Notes under the pieces: generated by a model
Seen by the model: only the letters and a program-made list of their open reading frames with translations
Databases searched by the model: none
Told to the model about the DNA's origin: nothing
In this document: piece by piece, positions 1-9,393 of the stretch
Layout of the letters: each line of letters opens with the position of its first letter
How positions within the stretch are numbered: the first letter of the stretch is position 1
Assembly (NCBI GenBank): GCA_963705865.1
Contig: CAVPLE010000149.1
Span: 6,402 to 70,401 of the forward strand
Direction: 5' to 3'
From: an uncultured Holophagaceae bacterium
GTDB taxonomy: Bacteria; Acidobacteriota; Holophagae; Holophagales; Holophagaceae
Length of the DNA stretch: 64,000 nucleotides
Position numbers and translations under genes: made by a program

Positions 1-326
1 ACCAGCCCCACCAGCCGGGTGCCCGCTGGAAGCAGCAGGGCCCGGTGGCGGGGGTCGTACACCGGCGCCTCCAGGCTGAGGTGGATCAGGGTGCGTCCAG
101 GGTCGGTCGGTGGGACCGCGAGGTCTCCCTCAATTCGCAGGGGCAGCTCGAGCCCGGCGGACACCGGATACACCGGTCCGCCCTCCCGGAGTCGAAGCTC
201 CGCGGTACCCTTGGCTGGAGCGGAGGCGGGCAGCTCCAGGATGACGGCGTGGGGCGAGGGTGGGAGTTGGGGCTTCGGCCCAGCAGTCAGCAGGCCCGGG
301 ATCAGCAGCAAGAGCAGGAGCGGCAT
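1..326 (-). CDS. Partial ORF running off the window start; secreted hypothetical protein with a TrbI/VirB10-like motif
   Basis: Translated by hand from ATG at 326: MPLLLLLLIPGLLTAG (signal-like) ... LEAPVYDPRHRALLLPAGTRLVGL, with no stop before base 1. The motif resembles VirB10 'VYD..g..llIPaGsrliG'. Confidence 0.5.
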   Translation of the reverse strand, partial: MPLLLLLLIPGLLTAGPKPQLPPSPHAVILELPASAPAKGTAELRLREGGPVYPVSAGLELPLRIEGDLAVPPTDPGRTLIHLSLEAPVYDPRHRALLLPAGTRLVGL

Positions 327-333
327 GGGGGCC

Positions 334-1338
334 TCAGTTCAGCTTGCCCGCGCCCATGGCGGCCAGGTCGCCGGGAATGGCCACGGCGCCGAAGCTGGTC
401 ACCGCCGCTTGGCCCTCGCGGGACAGCACGAAGCGGAGGAACTCCTTCACGGCCGGGTCGAGGGCGCGGCCGGGGGCCTTGTTCACATAGATGTAGAGGA
501 AGCGCGTCAGGGGATAGGTCGCGTTCTGGATGGTTTCGATGGTGGGCTCCACGAAGCGGTCGCTTCCGAAGGAGGCCACGGGCACGCCCTTCACCATGCG
601 GTTGGCGTACTGCAGGGGGCCGTAGCTGATGCCGCCGCCGTCCACCGCCGGGGCCTCCACCACGGCGAACTGGTCCATGAAGGCCTTCAAGCCGGGCTTG
701 AAGTCGCCCTTCTTCATGACGTGCTCTTTGAAGAAGGCGCGGGTGCCGGAGTTCTCGTCGCGGCCGTAGAGCTGGATATCCCGCTGCTTCCAGTCGCCGC
801 CGAGGCCCAGGTCGCCCCAGCGCTGGATGTCGCGCTTGGCCCCGGCCTTGCGAGTGGTGGAGAAGATGGCGTCGATCTCCTCCATGCGGAGCTGCTTCAC
901 GGGGTTGTTCGCGTTGACGTAGACCACCAGGGCATCGACGGCCACGGGGATGCGCGTGGGCGCGTAGCCGTACTTGGCCTGGAAGGCCGCCAGTTCCACG
1001 TCAGTCATCTCGCGGCTCATCTGGCCCATGAGGGTGCTGCCGTCCAGGAGGGCCCTGGGCGCCGTGGCCGAGCCCTTGCAGATGAAGTTGGCGGTGAGGC
1101 GCGGGTGGAATTTCTTGAAGTCCTCGCCCCAGAGCACCATCAGGGGCTCCATGGAATCCGAGCCCACGCTCTTCAGCTCCCCGGAGACGGTGTGCTCGGC
1201 CGCGTAGGCGGGCAGGTCCACCTGCTTCGCGGCGGGGGGAGGCGCGGCCGTCATCGGCTTGGCGGGGGTTTCCTCCACCGGCTGGCAGGCCAGACCGAAC
1301 AGGAGCAGGGATGAGGCGGCGAGGGCGCGAAGCGACAT
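334..1338 (-). CDS. pstS: Phosphate ABC transporter substrate-binding lipoprotein (PstS family)
   Basis: Lipobox LAC; GSDSM, KGSATA, YGRDENSGT and YPLTRFLYIYVNK motifs. Confidence 0.9.
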   Translation of the reverse strand: MSLRALAASSLLLFGLACQPVEETPAKPMTAAPPPAAKQVDLPAYAAEHTVSGELKSVGSDSMEPLMVLWGEDFKKFHPRLTANFICKGSATAPRALLDGSTLMGQMSREMTDVELAAFQAKYGYAPTRIPVAVDALVVYVNANNPVKQLRMEEIDAIFSTTRKAGAKRDIQRWGDLGLGGDWKQRDIQLYGRDENSGTRAFFKEHVMKKGDFKPGLKAFMDQFAVVEAPAVDGGGISYGPLQYANRMVKGVPVASFGSDRFVEPTIETIQNATYPLTRFLYIYVNKAPGRALDPAVKEFLRFVLSREGQAAVTSFGAVAIPGDLAAMGAGKLN

Positions 1339-1434
1339 GGGATCCTCCAGATCCATTGCGCCATGCGGAGGTGACGGCTCGGTGAAATCGGGGCTCCTTC
1401 GTCGTGCCCGGCGGGAATGGAGCTATCCTGGACC

Positions 1435-1878
1435 ATGGCCAAGCCACACATCCCCGAGACCCTCGCTCCGGATCTCCTGGAGCGTCTGCGCGAACGGTTC
1501 CACCCCTGGCCGCTCATCAGCGGCTGGGGGCTCACCATCGAGTCCGTCACCCCCGGCCAGGGGGTCATGGTGCTGACCCCCACCAGGGCCGTCATCAACG
1601 GCACCCGTGGCACGGTGAACGGCGGCGTCCTCGCCACCATCGCGGACATGGCGAGCGCCATCGCCCTCAGCACGGCCTTCGACGGCGCCATGCCCTTCGC
1701 CACCTCGGACCTGCACATCCGCTACCTGGAGCCGGCCCGGGGCGAAGTCCGCGCGGAAGCCCAGGTGGTGAGGATCTCCGGACGCAGCGGCATCCTCGCG
1801 TGCCGCCTCACCTGCGGTTCGCACCTGGTGGCGCACAGCACCGCCAACTTCGCCATCAAGGCCGGCCTCGGAGGGTGA
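1435..1878 (+). CDS. PaaI-family (hotdog-fold) thioesterase
   Basis: NGTRGTVNGGVLATIADMA, ATSDLHIRYLEPA. Confidence 0.85.
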   Translation: MAKPHIPETLAPDLLERLRERFHPWPLISGWGLTIESVTPGQGVMVLTPTRAVINGTRGTVNGGVLATIADMASAIALSTAFDGAMPFATSDLHIRYLEPARGEVRAEAQVVRISGRSGILACRLTCGSHLVAHSTANFAIKAGLGG

Positions 1879-1879
1879 C

Positions 1880-2923
1880 GTGAGGGGCGGGACGCCATTC
1901 CCCGAGAAGCGGAACGGGCGCCAGGCCGTCCCCCTGAGGCGCCTGCAGTACACCCTGGCCCTGCTGGTGGCGGTCATCGTGGGCGGGGGGCTCGGTTATC
2001 ACCATCTGGCGCATCTCAACGCCCTCGATAGCCTCTACATGGCCGTCACCACCCTGTTCACGGTGGGCTTCCGGGAGCTGGGCGACGTGAATGCCCAGAC
2101 CAAGCTCTTCACGATCTTCTACCTCATCATCGGCCTGGGGACGGCTTCCTACGCCGTATCGAACCTGACCGCCCTGCTCCTGGAGGGTGACCTCAAGGGC
2201 TACATCATGGAGCGCCGCATGCAGAAGCGTCTGGACGACCTCAAGGACCACATCATCGTCTGCGGCTTCGGGAAGATGGGCTTCCAGGCCGCCTGGGAGC
2301 TGAAGAAGGCCGGTGTCCCGTTCGTCATCATCGAGCAGGACGATACCAAGGGACGAAGCCCCCGCTTCGCCGGCGAGCTGATCCTCTATGGCAACGCCAT
2401 GGACGAGATGATCCTGGAGCGTGCGAGCATCCGCACGGCCCGGGGGCTTATCACGGCCCTCACCACCGATGCCGATAATGTGCTGGTGACACTCACCGTG
2501 AAGCAGTTGCGACCAGATCTTCCGGTGGTGGCCCGCAGCGCCAAGCTGGGCACCGAGCGTCAGCTCAAGGCCGCGGGAGCCGATCACATCGTGAGCCCGT
2601 ACGAGATCGGGGGACGGCGCATGGCGGGCTTGCTGCTCAAACCCGAGATGATGAACTTCTTCGACATCGTGCTGCAGCAGGAGCAGTTCGAACTGGGCCT
2701 GGAGCGCATCGCCATCGCGCCGGGCTCCGCCCTGGTGGGCCAGACCATGCGGGAGGCCCGCCTGCGCCACGCCACCGGCTCGCTGCTCGTGGGCCTGGTT
2801 CATCCCGGCTCGAGATTGCAGTTCAACCCCTCCGGCGAAGAGCGCTTCCAGGCCGGCGACGAGCTGCTGGTGATGGGCCCGTCCGATGCCTTGGAGACCC
2901 TCACGCGGCTGGCCAAGGGCTGA
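1880..2923 (+). CDS. Potassium channel with TrkA-N and TrkA-C (RCK) domains
   Basis: Two TM helices around a TVGF filter; IIVCGFGKMG Rossmann motif; C-terminal RCK_C domain. Confidence 0.9.
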   Translation: MRGGTPFPEKRNGRQAVPLRRLQYTLALLVAVIVGGGLGYHHLAHLNALDSLYMAVTTLFTVGFRELGDVNAQTKLFTIFYLIIGLGTASYAVSNLTALLLEGDLKGYIMERRMQKRLDDLKDHIIVCGFGKMGFQAAWELKKAGVPFVIIEQDDTKGRSPRFAGELILYGNAMDEMILERASIRTARGLITALTTDADNVLVTLTVKQLRPDLPVVARSAKLGTERQLKAAGADHIVSPYEIGGRRMAGLLLKPEMMNFFDIVLQQEQFELGLERIAIAPGSALVGQTMREARLRHATGSLLVGLVHPGSRLQFNPSGEERFQAGDELLVMGPSDALETLTRLAKG

Positions 2924-2948
2924 TACCAGGTAGCGTTCAAAGATAGAG

Positions 2949-3133
2949 ATCCACCACGGAGACACCGAGGCCACAGAGGAGGCACGGAGGCCTCGGTGAT
3001 CCTCCGTCATGGGCAGGCCGAAGGCCGCTTCCGGCCAAGCCGGAAGCCACGGTAGGCGGCGGGCCCGGATCCTTTTGGGACATCCTGGCCCGCCGCCTAC
3101 CGTGTGCCCATGCTCTGTGCCTCCGTGGTGGAT
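2949..3133. repeat. REP/REPIN-like palindromic element, family A copy 1
   Basis: Perfect 13-bp terminal IR ATCCACCACGGAG...CTCCGTGGTGGAT with internal hairpins; homologous to 12666-12855 in inverted orientation. Confidence 0.85.
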
Positions 3134-3167
3134 TCTTTTACGATTGAACGCGAATGGGTATGAGGCC

Positions 3168-4299
3168 ATGGAAGGCCACGCCCGGCTCCTGCTGGACCTG
3201 GCCATGGTGCTGGGGGTCGCGGCGCTGACCTCGGTGCTGTTCCAGAAGCTGAAGCAGCCCGCGGTCCTGGGCTACCTCCTGGCGGACATGATCGTGGGCC
3301 CCCATGTGCCCGTGCCGCTGGTGGCGGACCTGGGCAACGTGCGACTCATGGGCGAGCTGGGCGTCATCCTGCTGATGTTCACCATCGGCCTGGAGTTCAG
3401 CCTGCCCCGGCTGCTCCGCGCCGGGCCGCCGGCCCTGCTGACGGGCACGCTCCAGGTGGGCACCCAGCTGGTGGCCGGATTCCTCGTGGCCCGCCTGCTG
3501 GGGTGGGCCCCCCTGGAGAGCGCCTTCTTCGGGGCCAGCCTCGCCATCGCCTCCACCATGATCCTCGCCAAGCTTTTCGACGAGCGCGGCATCCGCGGCC
3601 CGTTGAAGGAGACCGTCCTGGGCGTCCTGCTGGTGGAGGATCTCCACGCCGTGCCGCTGCTGGCGGCCCTGACGGCGGCGGCCTCCCTGGGTGGTCCCAG
3701 CGCCGGGGCCATCGCGGGCACGTTGCTGAAGCTGGCGGTGTTCCTCGCGGTGCTGGTGGGCGCGGGACGGCTGGTGGTGCCCCCCGCCGTGCGCTGGGTG
3801 GCGGATCATGGCCGCGACGAGGTGTGCTGCTGCTCACGGGCCTGCCCGTGCTGGCCGCCGTGCTGGCGCTGATCCCTCTGACCTCCCTCGGGACCCTGAG
3901 CGCGGCCACGGCCCTGGGGCGGTTCCCCTGCTGCTCTGGCGGCGCGCCCGGGGCCTCCAGCGGGATCTCGACGCGGGGGCCGAATGGTTGGGCGAGAACG
4001 CGCAGGATCCCTGGGGCCCGCCCGGGACCTCCGCCGCGCCATCCGCCGGCGGCTGGCGCACGCTCCGCATAGGGCCCCACTGCCCCTCCCTGGGCCGGAG
4101 CCTGGCGGAACTCGACCTGATCGGCGGTTCCAAGGTGGCCCTGGTGGCCCTCCTGCGGGAGGGGCATCTGCTGGAACCGCGACCGGAAGTCCTGCTCCAG
4201 CCCGGGGACGTGCTGGCCCTAAGCGGTTCGGGCTCGGCCCTGGATGCCGCGCAGTGGGTGCTGGGGCGGGAGTCGGAAACAGGGCCCTCCAAAAGTTGA
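3168..4299 (+). pseudogene. CPA2/Kef-type cation:proton antiporter with RCK_C domain; frameshifted and internally deleted
   Basis: N-terminus (LGELGVILLMFTIGLEFS) is in one frame. Frameshifts near 3825 and 3918, and the RCK_C domain (GRSLAELDL...LQPGDVLALSGS) is in a third frame. The TM region is much shorter than a full CPA2. Confidence 0.8.
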
Positions 4300-4324
4300 G
4301 GGGGTGATTTTCGGCGTGCTCAAG

Positions 4325-5818
4325 TCACGGCCGCCCCTGGGGGTTGATGGCTCCCGCCACGGGCCGGGCCGGAAGGTGGCCGTGAGGCAGGCGGGACGGC
4401 AGTTCCGCCAGTCCCCAGGCGGTGACCGCCATGGCCTGGGCGCCCTGCGCCAGCTGGTCCGGCACCAGGTGGTCCGGGTAGTCCATCTGGCTGTGGTGGG
4501 TGCCCAGGAAGTAGTCCACGGGTTCCTGGATGGCGGCGAAAGCGGGGACGCCGGCCCGGTCGAAGGGCGCGTGGTCGGTGCTGCCCATGGCGCGGAGGGA
4601 GAGGTCCTTCACGCCCAGGTCGTTGAGGGGAGCGATGGCCTGGGCCATGAGGCCTCGGCAATTCTCGCGACCCTGCAGCGTGAAGCCTTTCACCATGCCC
4701 GTGCCCATGTCATCGACCAGCACGGCCTGGATGGCGTCCAGCTCGTTCTTGTGGGCTTCCACGTAGGCCCGGGAGCCCAGCAGGCCCTGCTCCTCGCCGC
4801 TCCAGAGGATCACGCGGAGGGTGCGCCGGGGCTTGAGGCCCGTGGCCTGGAAGGCGCGCAGCACCTCCAGGGCGACGGAACTGCCGGTGGCGTTGTCCGT
4901 GGCGCCGGTGCCCAGGTCCCAGCTGTCCAGATGGCCGCCCACGATGACGACTTCCCCAGGCAGCTCACGGCCGGGGATCTCGCCCACGACGTTGTAGGCC
5001 TGTACGGGCTTGGCCGAGAAACCGCCGCCCAGGGACAGATCGAGCTTCACGGGCTCCTTCCGCCCCAGCAGGCGCACCAGCATCTTGTAGGGCTCCTGGG
5101 GCACATAGGCCGCGGGGAGCGCCGGCTTTTTCGGGTCGCGCCCGGCCCCGCCGCTGGTGAAGCTGAGCCCGTTCTTGCGGCCTGACATGGACAGCGTGGC
5201 CAGGGCGCCCTCGTCGAGGAGGAACTGCGTCATGGCCGCCTGCTCCGCCTGGTAGGCCTCAAAGTCGCCGCTCCGCCGAGGCAGGGGTGGGCGCTTGTCG
5301 TCGGGGTTGGTGCGCAGCAGGATCCGGCCTTTCAGGTGTCCCTTGAAGGCTTTCAGCTCCTCCAGGTTCCGGGCGTCCACCATGAGCAGGTCACCCTGCA
5401 CGGTGCCCTGGGTGCCCGGAGTCCAGGCCAGCTGGTCCACCCGGAAGCGGATGCCGTTGTGGGTGAGCAAGCGCGCGCTGTCGACCCCACGGGTCCAAGC
5501 CAGGCCGAAATCATAGGCTTCCTCGTGGACGTTCACGGCGCCGAGCCGCACCATCTCCGCCTTGGCCCAAGCCTGGGCCTGCCTCAACTTTTCGGAACCC
5601 GTGAGCCGGGGGCCGATCACGTCGCACAGGTAATCCACCCGGGCGACCAGCTCGGCGTGTTCCTTGATGTCGCGCAGCAGCTTGCCGGCGGGGGTGTCCG
5701 GGTAGTCCTTCAGCACCGGCACGGGCGACGGCAACGGTGGGGCGGCCGCAAAGGGCGACTGGGCCTGGAGAAGGGTGGCCAGGGCCAACGGCAGCAGGGC
5801 GGTGGGGGTCCGCGGCAT
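4325..5818 (-). CDS. Secreted M28-family peptidase (carboxypeptidase Q-like)
   Basis: Signal peptide; GGHLDSWD, GATDNATG, WSGEEQGLLGS, STDHAPF motifs. Confidence 0.9.
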   Translation of the reverse strand: MPRTPTALLPLALATLLQAQSPFAAAPPLPSPVPVLKDYPDTPAGKLLRDIKEHAELVARVDYLCDVIGPRLTGSEKLRQAQAWAKAEMVRLGAVNVHEEAYDFGLAWTRGVDSARLLTHNGIRFRVDQLAWTPGTQGTVQGDLLMVDARNLEELKAFKGHLKGRILLRTNPDDKRPPLPRRSGDFEAYQAEQAAMTQFLLDEGALATLSMSGRKNGLSFTSGGAGRDPKKPALPAAYVPQEPYKMLVRLLGRKEPVKLDLSLGGGFSAKPVQAYNVVGEIPGRELPGEVVIVGGHLDSWDLGTGATDNATGSSVALEVLRAFQATGLKPRRTLRVILWSGEEQGLLGSRAYVEAHKNELDAIQAVLVDDMGTGMVKGFTLQGRENCRGLMAQAIAPLNDLGVKDLSLRAMGSTDHAPFDRAGVPAFAAIQEPVDYFLGTHHSQMDYPDHLVPDQLAQGAQAMAVTAWGLAELPSRLPHGHLPARPVAGAINPQGRP

Positions 5819-5904
5819 GGGAACTCCTGATGGGAAAGCTGGTTTCAGCAAATATCAAATGGCGAGGTATGGCAAGTCCTCAGTGGCGGGATATGATGAC
5901 GTTG

Positions 5905-5922
5905 TTTCGGGAAATAGCGAAA
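5905..5922. promoter_or_regulatory. Putative ArsR operator TTTCG-N8-CGAAA
   Basis: Inverted repeat overlapping the arsR start, downstream of a TATGAT -10-like hexamer (5892-5897); the same motif occurs at 8921-8938. Confidence 0.6.
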
Positions 5923-6312
5923 TGACCTCAGACCCGCTCCGCCCTCTCGCGGACACCCTCAAGACCCTGGCCCACCCCGTGCGCCTGCGCATCCTCGCGC
6001 TGCTGCACGCGGGGGAGCTCTGCGTCTGCGAGGTGGCCGAGGTGCTGGGCCTGGCGCCCTCCACCGTCTCCGAACACCTGACCGGCCTGCGTCGCTCGGG
6101 GCTGGTGCGCGAGTGGAAGGTGGGTCGCTGGGTGCATGTGGCCCTGGCCGACGACGCCGCCACCCGTCCCCTGCTGGAGGCCCTGTGGCCCCTCATGGCC
6201 GGGGCCGAGGCCGAGCTTTCCCGCGACCGGGCCCAGGCTCGGGCCCTCCGTTGCGATCCCTGCAACCCCTTCGGATTGTCCCCCTTCACGCACCCCCCAG
6301 GAGCACGCATGA
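5922..6312 (+). CDS. arsR: ArsR/SmtB-family repressor with an apparent +1 frameshift near 6261
   Basis: LAHPVRLRIL, ELCVCE, STVSEHL motifs. The natural end is probably TGA 6310-6312, overlapping the next ATG (ATGA). Confidence 0.8.
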
Positions 6313-6655
6313 CCACCCAGAGCACCCAGACCGAGCCGCAGACCGAGCCACCGAATCCGGTCTCAACGAGACCACCCTCAACCTCATCGCGCTCGGGGCC
6401 GCCATCGGCGCCAACGCCGAGCGGGCCTTCCGGGCCCATCAGAGCCGCCTCGCCGAGCTGGGCGTCTCCAACGACGACATGATCGAGGCCGTGAACATGG
6501 CCCTGCGCGTGAAGGGCGATCCCCATTCGCAGATCATGGCTCTGGCCCAGGCCGCGCTGGTCGGCGAGAGCGGCGGCTGCTGCGGCGGCGCCTGCGCCTG
6601 CGAAGAGGCAGGCGGCCAGAAGGGCGACTGCGGCGACGACTGCGACTGCAAGTAG
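6309..6655 (+). CDS. CMD/AhpD-like protein with a Cys-rich C-terminal tail; apparent -1 frameshift near 6346
   Basis: GGAG RBS before ATG 6309; [11 protein letters not shown]...[19 protein letters not shown]; tail GCCGGACAC...CGDDCDCK. Confidence 0.7.
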
Positions 6656-6664
6656 GAGACGGGA

Positions 6665-7760
6665 ATGTCCACGGGCCGGCTGTCCTTCCTTGATCGCTTC
6701 CTCACCCTGTGGATCTTCCTGGCCATGGGGCTCGGCGTGCTGCTGGGCTTCGCCGTCCCCGGCTTCAACCGCGCCATCAACGCCTGGAACGTGGGTACTG
6801 ACCAGCGTACCGCTGGCCGCGGGTCTGATCCTGATGATGTATCCGCCCCTGGCGAAGGTGAAGTACGAAGAACTGCACCTGGTCTTCCGGAACAAGAAGG
6901 TGCTGGGCCTGTCGCTGCTCCAGAACTGGATCATCGGGCCCCTGCTCATGTTCGGGCTGGCCGTTCTGTTCCTGCGGGACAAGCCCGAGTACATGCTGGG
7001 CCTCATCCTCATCGGCCTGGCCCGCTGCATCGCCATGGTCATCGTGTGGAACGACCTGGCCAAGGGCGACACCGAATACTGCGCGGGGCTGGTGGCCTTC
7101 AACTCCATCTTCCAGGTGCTCTTCTTCAGCGTGTACGCCTGGTTCTTCGCCACGGTGCTGCCCGCGAAGCTGGGCCTCCAGGGCGCGGTGGTGAACATCA
7201 CCATCGGCCAGATCGCGAAAAGCGTCTTCATCTACCTGGGCGTTCCCTTCATCGCGGGCTTCCTCACGCGCTTCATCCTCGGGAAGCTCAAGGGCCTGGA
7301 CTGGTACCACCGGGTCTTCGTGCCGAAGATCAGCCCCATCACCCTTATCGCCCTCTTGTTCACGATCATTGTCATGTTCAGCCTCAAGGGCGACACCATC
7401 GTGAAGCTGCCCTTCGATGTGCTCCGCATCGCCCTCCCGCTGCTCATCTACTTCGTGGTGATGTTCCTGGTGAGCTTCTGGCTGTCGAAGAAGGCCGGGG
7501 CCACTTACCCGCAGAGCGCCACGCTGAGCTTCACGGCCGCCAGCAACAACTTTGAACTGGCCATCGCCGTGGCCGTGGCCACCTTCGGCATCGCCCACGG
7601 CGCCGCCTTCGCCGCCGTCATCGGGCCGCTGGTGGAGGTGCCCGCCCTCATCGGCCTCGTCAACGTGGCCCTCTGGCTGAAGCGGAAGTGGTACCCCGAG
7701 GCCCCGGAGGACGTCGCCAGCGCCGGCTGCTGTCCCGCGGTGGATCCCGCCAAGAGGTGA
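6665..7760 (+). CDS. acr3: Acr3-family arsenite efflux pump with a +1 frameshift near 6799 (pseudogene or sequencing error)
   Basis: [13 protein letters not shown] in one frame, then [21 protein letters not shown] and [13 protein letters not shown] in the next. Confidence 0.9.
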
Positions 7761-7763
7761 ACC

Positions 7764-8177
7764 ATGGGCATCTTCGCCGGCAGGGGCATGGTGATCCAGG
7801 GGCTGCGCTTCCTGGCGCCGAAGGACGCGCTGGCCGTGCTGAACGAGGGCGCCCTCCTGGTGGACCTCCGTCTCGATGAGCTGGCGGAGATGAAGGCCTT
7901 CAAGGTGCCCGAGACGATCCGCATCCCCCATGAGGAACTGCCCGGCCTGCTCGCCGAGCTGCCCGCGGACCGGCCTTTGCTGCTGGCCGACAGCTCTGGC
8001 GTTTACACCAAGGAAGCCGCGCACCTGCTGCTCGACCACGGCTTCACCCAGGTGGCCTGCCTCAACGGCGGCATGCTGCTCTGGGACCAGGAAGGCCTGC
8101 CGGTGGTGACGGAGGCCGCCGCCCTCCTCCACGGCGAGTGCCCCTGCGTGCTGCGCCCCCGGAAAGGCCACCGATGA
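7764..8177 (+). CDS. Rhodanese-like domain protein
   Basis: ALLVDLR...[18 protein letters not shown]; C-terminal ECPC. Confidence 0.75.
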   Translation: MGIFAGRGMVIQGLRFLAPKDALAVLNEGALLVDLRLDELAEMKAFKVPETIRIPHEELPGLLAELPADRPLLLADSSGVYTKEAAHLLLDHGFTQVACLNGGMLLWDQEGLPVVTEAAALLHGECPCVLRPRKGHR

Positions 8178-8503
8178 TCCGCCCCGTGCTGCCCACCGAC
8201 GCCCCGGCCCTGGCCGACATCTACAACCCCTATGTGCGCGACACCCTCATCACCTTCGAGGAGGAACCAGTCTCGGTGGCCGAGATGGGGGCGCGCATCG
8301 CCAAGGTGACGGCAACCTATCCCTGGCTCGTCTGGGAGGAGGACGGCGTGGTGCGGGGCTATGCCTACGGCGCCACCTGGCGGACCCGGCACGCCTACCG
8401 CTTCGCCGTGGAGACCACCGTCTACCTGGCGGATGGTCACCACGGAAAGGGTCGCGGCGCCGCGCTCTACCGGGCGCTGCTGCTCGAAGGAGACGCACCG
8501 TGA
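8174..8503 (+). pseudogene. PAT/ArsN-like GNAT acetyltransferase, C-terminally truncated
   Basis: [36 protein letters not shown]. It ends after about 109 aa and runs straight into the arsC RBS. Confidence 0.75.
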
Positions 8504-8919
8504 CTTCCATCCTCTTCCTCTGCGTGGCCAACAGCGCCCGGTCCCAGCTGGGCGAAGGCCTGGCGCGCCAGCTGTTCCCGGACTTCCGCATCCAGAGCGC
8601 CGGCAGCCGCCCCAGCCGCGTGAACCCGTACGCCATCGAGGCCTTGGCGGAGCGGGGCATCGACGCCTCGACGCACACCTCGAAGCCCGTGGCGGACATC
8701 GATCCGGCCTCCGTGGACTTGGTCATCACCCTCTGCGCCGAGGAAGTCTGTCCCGCCTTCCTGGGCAAGGCCGAGCGCCTGCACTGGCCCATCCCCGACC
8801 CTGCCAGCGACGATCCTTCACTCACGCCCGAGGGCCTGCGCGCCCGCTTCCGCGCCGCCCGTGACGAGATCGCCCGCCGCCTGGAGGCGCTGGGCCGCGA
8901 CCGGGGCTGGATTGTATGA
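8500..8919 (+). CDS. arsC: Thioredoxin-coupled arsenate reductase (LMW-PTP fold)
   Basis: [10 protein letters not shown]-loop; TLCAEEVCP resolving cysteines; HWPIPDP. Confidence 0.92.
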   Translation: MTSILFLCVANSARSQLGEGLARQLFPDFRIQSAGSRPSRVNPYAIEALAERGIDASTHTSKPVADIDPASVDLVITLCAEEVCPAFLGKAERLHWPIPDPASDDPSLTPEGLRARFRAARDEIARRLEALGRDRGWIV

Positions 8920-8975
8920 ATTTCGAAAAAAATCGAAATTAGACCTTGCACGTTATTTCGACAATTCTAGAATTA
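8918..8975 (+). promoter_or_regulatory. Promoter with two ArsR-type operator sites
   Basis: AATTTCGA-N6-TCGAAATT (8919-8940); TTGCAC (8946)-16 nt-TAGAAT (8968); a second degenerate site TTTCG-N8-AGAAT. Confidence 0.65.
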
Positions 8976-8990
8976 AGCCAGGAGGGGACC

Positions 8991-9326
8991 ATGACCGGGC
9001 GTGTGGAACAGGCGGCAGAGCGACTGAAGGCCCTCGGGCATCCGGTCCGCCTGGCCATCCTGCGCCGCCTGGTGCAGGGCCCCGAGGCGGGGACACCCGC
9101 CGGAGAGCTGCAGTCGCGCCTGGACATCCCGGCCTCCACCCTCAGCCATCACCTGGCCACCCTCGCCAACGCCGGCCTGGCGCGGGTGGCCCGGGAAGGC
9201 ACCACGCTCCGCTACCGTGCCGACTTTGGCGTGCTGCACGCCCTCACCGACTACCTCTGGCAGGACTGCTGTGCCGGTGGCACCGCGGAACCGCCCCCCC
9301 CTTCGCCCTGCTGCGACAGGGACTGA
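8991..9326 (+). CDS. arsR: ArsR-family repressor with vicinal Cys pairs at the C-terminus
   Basis: LKALGHPVRLAIL, STLSHHL, DCC...PCC tail. Confidence 0.88.
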   Translation: MTGRVEQAAERLKALGHPVRLAILRRLVQGPEAGTPAGELQSRLDIPASTLSHHLATLANAGLARVAREGTTLRYRADFGVLHALTDYLWQDCCAGGTAEPPPPSPCCDRD

Positions 9327-9393
9327 CCTTCCATCGTCCTGGGACGTGGATACCTCCGGTGTCCCAGGAAACCTCCATCTGAAAGGCCCCACC

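Noticed and set aside
5775-6482. ArsR fused to a long Pro/Ser-rich tail
   Set aside because: Best explained by frameshifts at about 6261 and 6346 joining arsR to the out-of-frame CMD gene.
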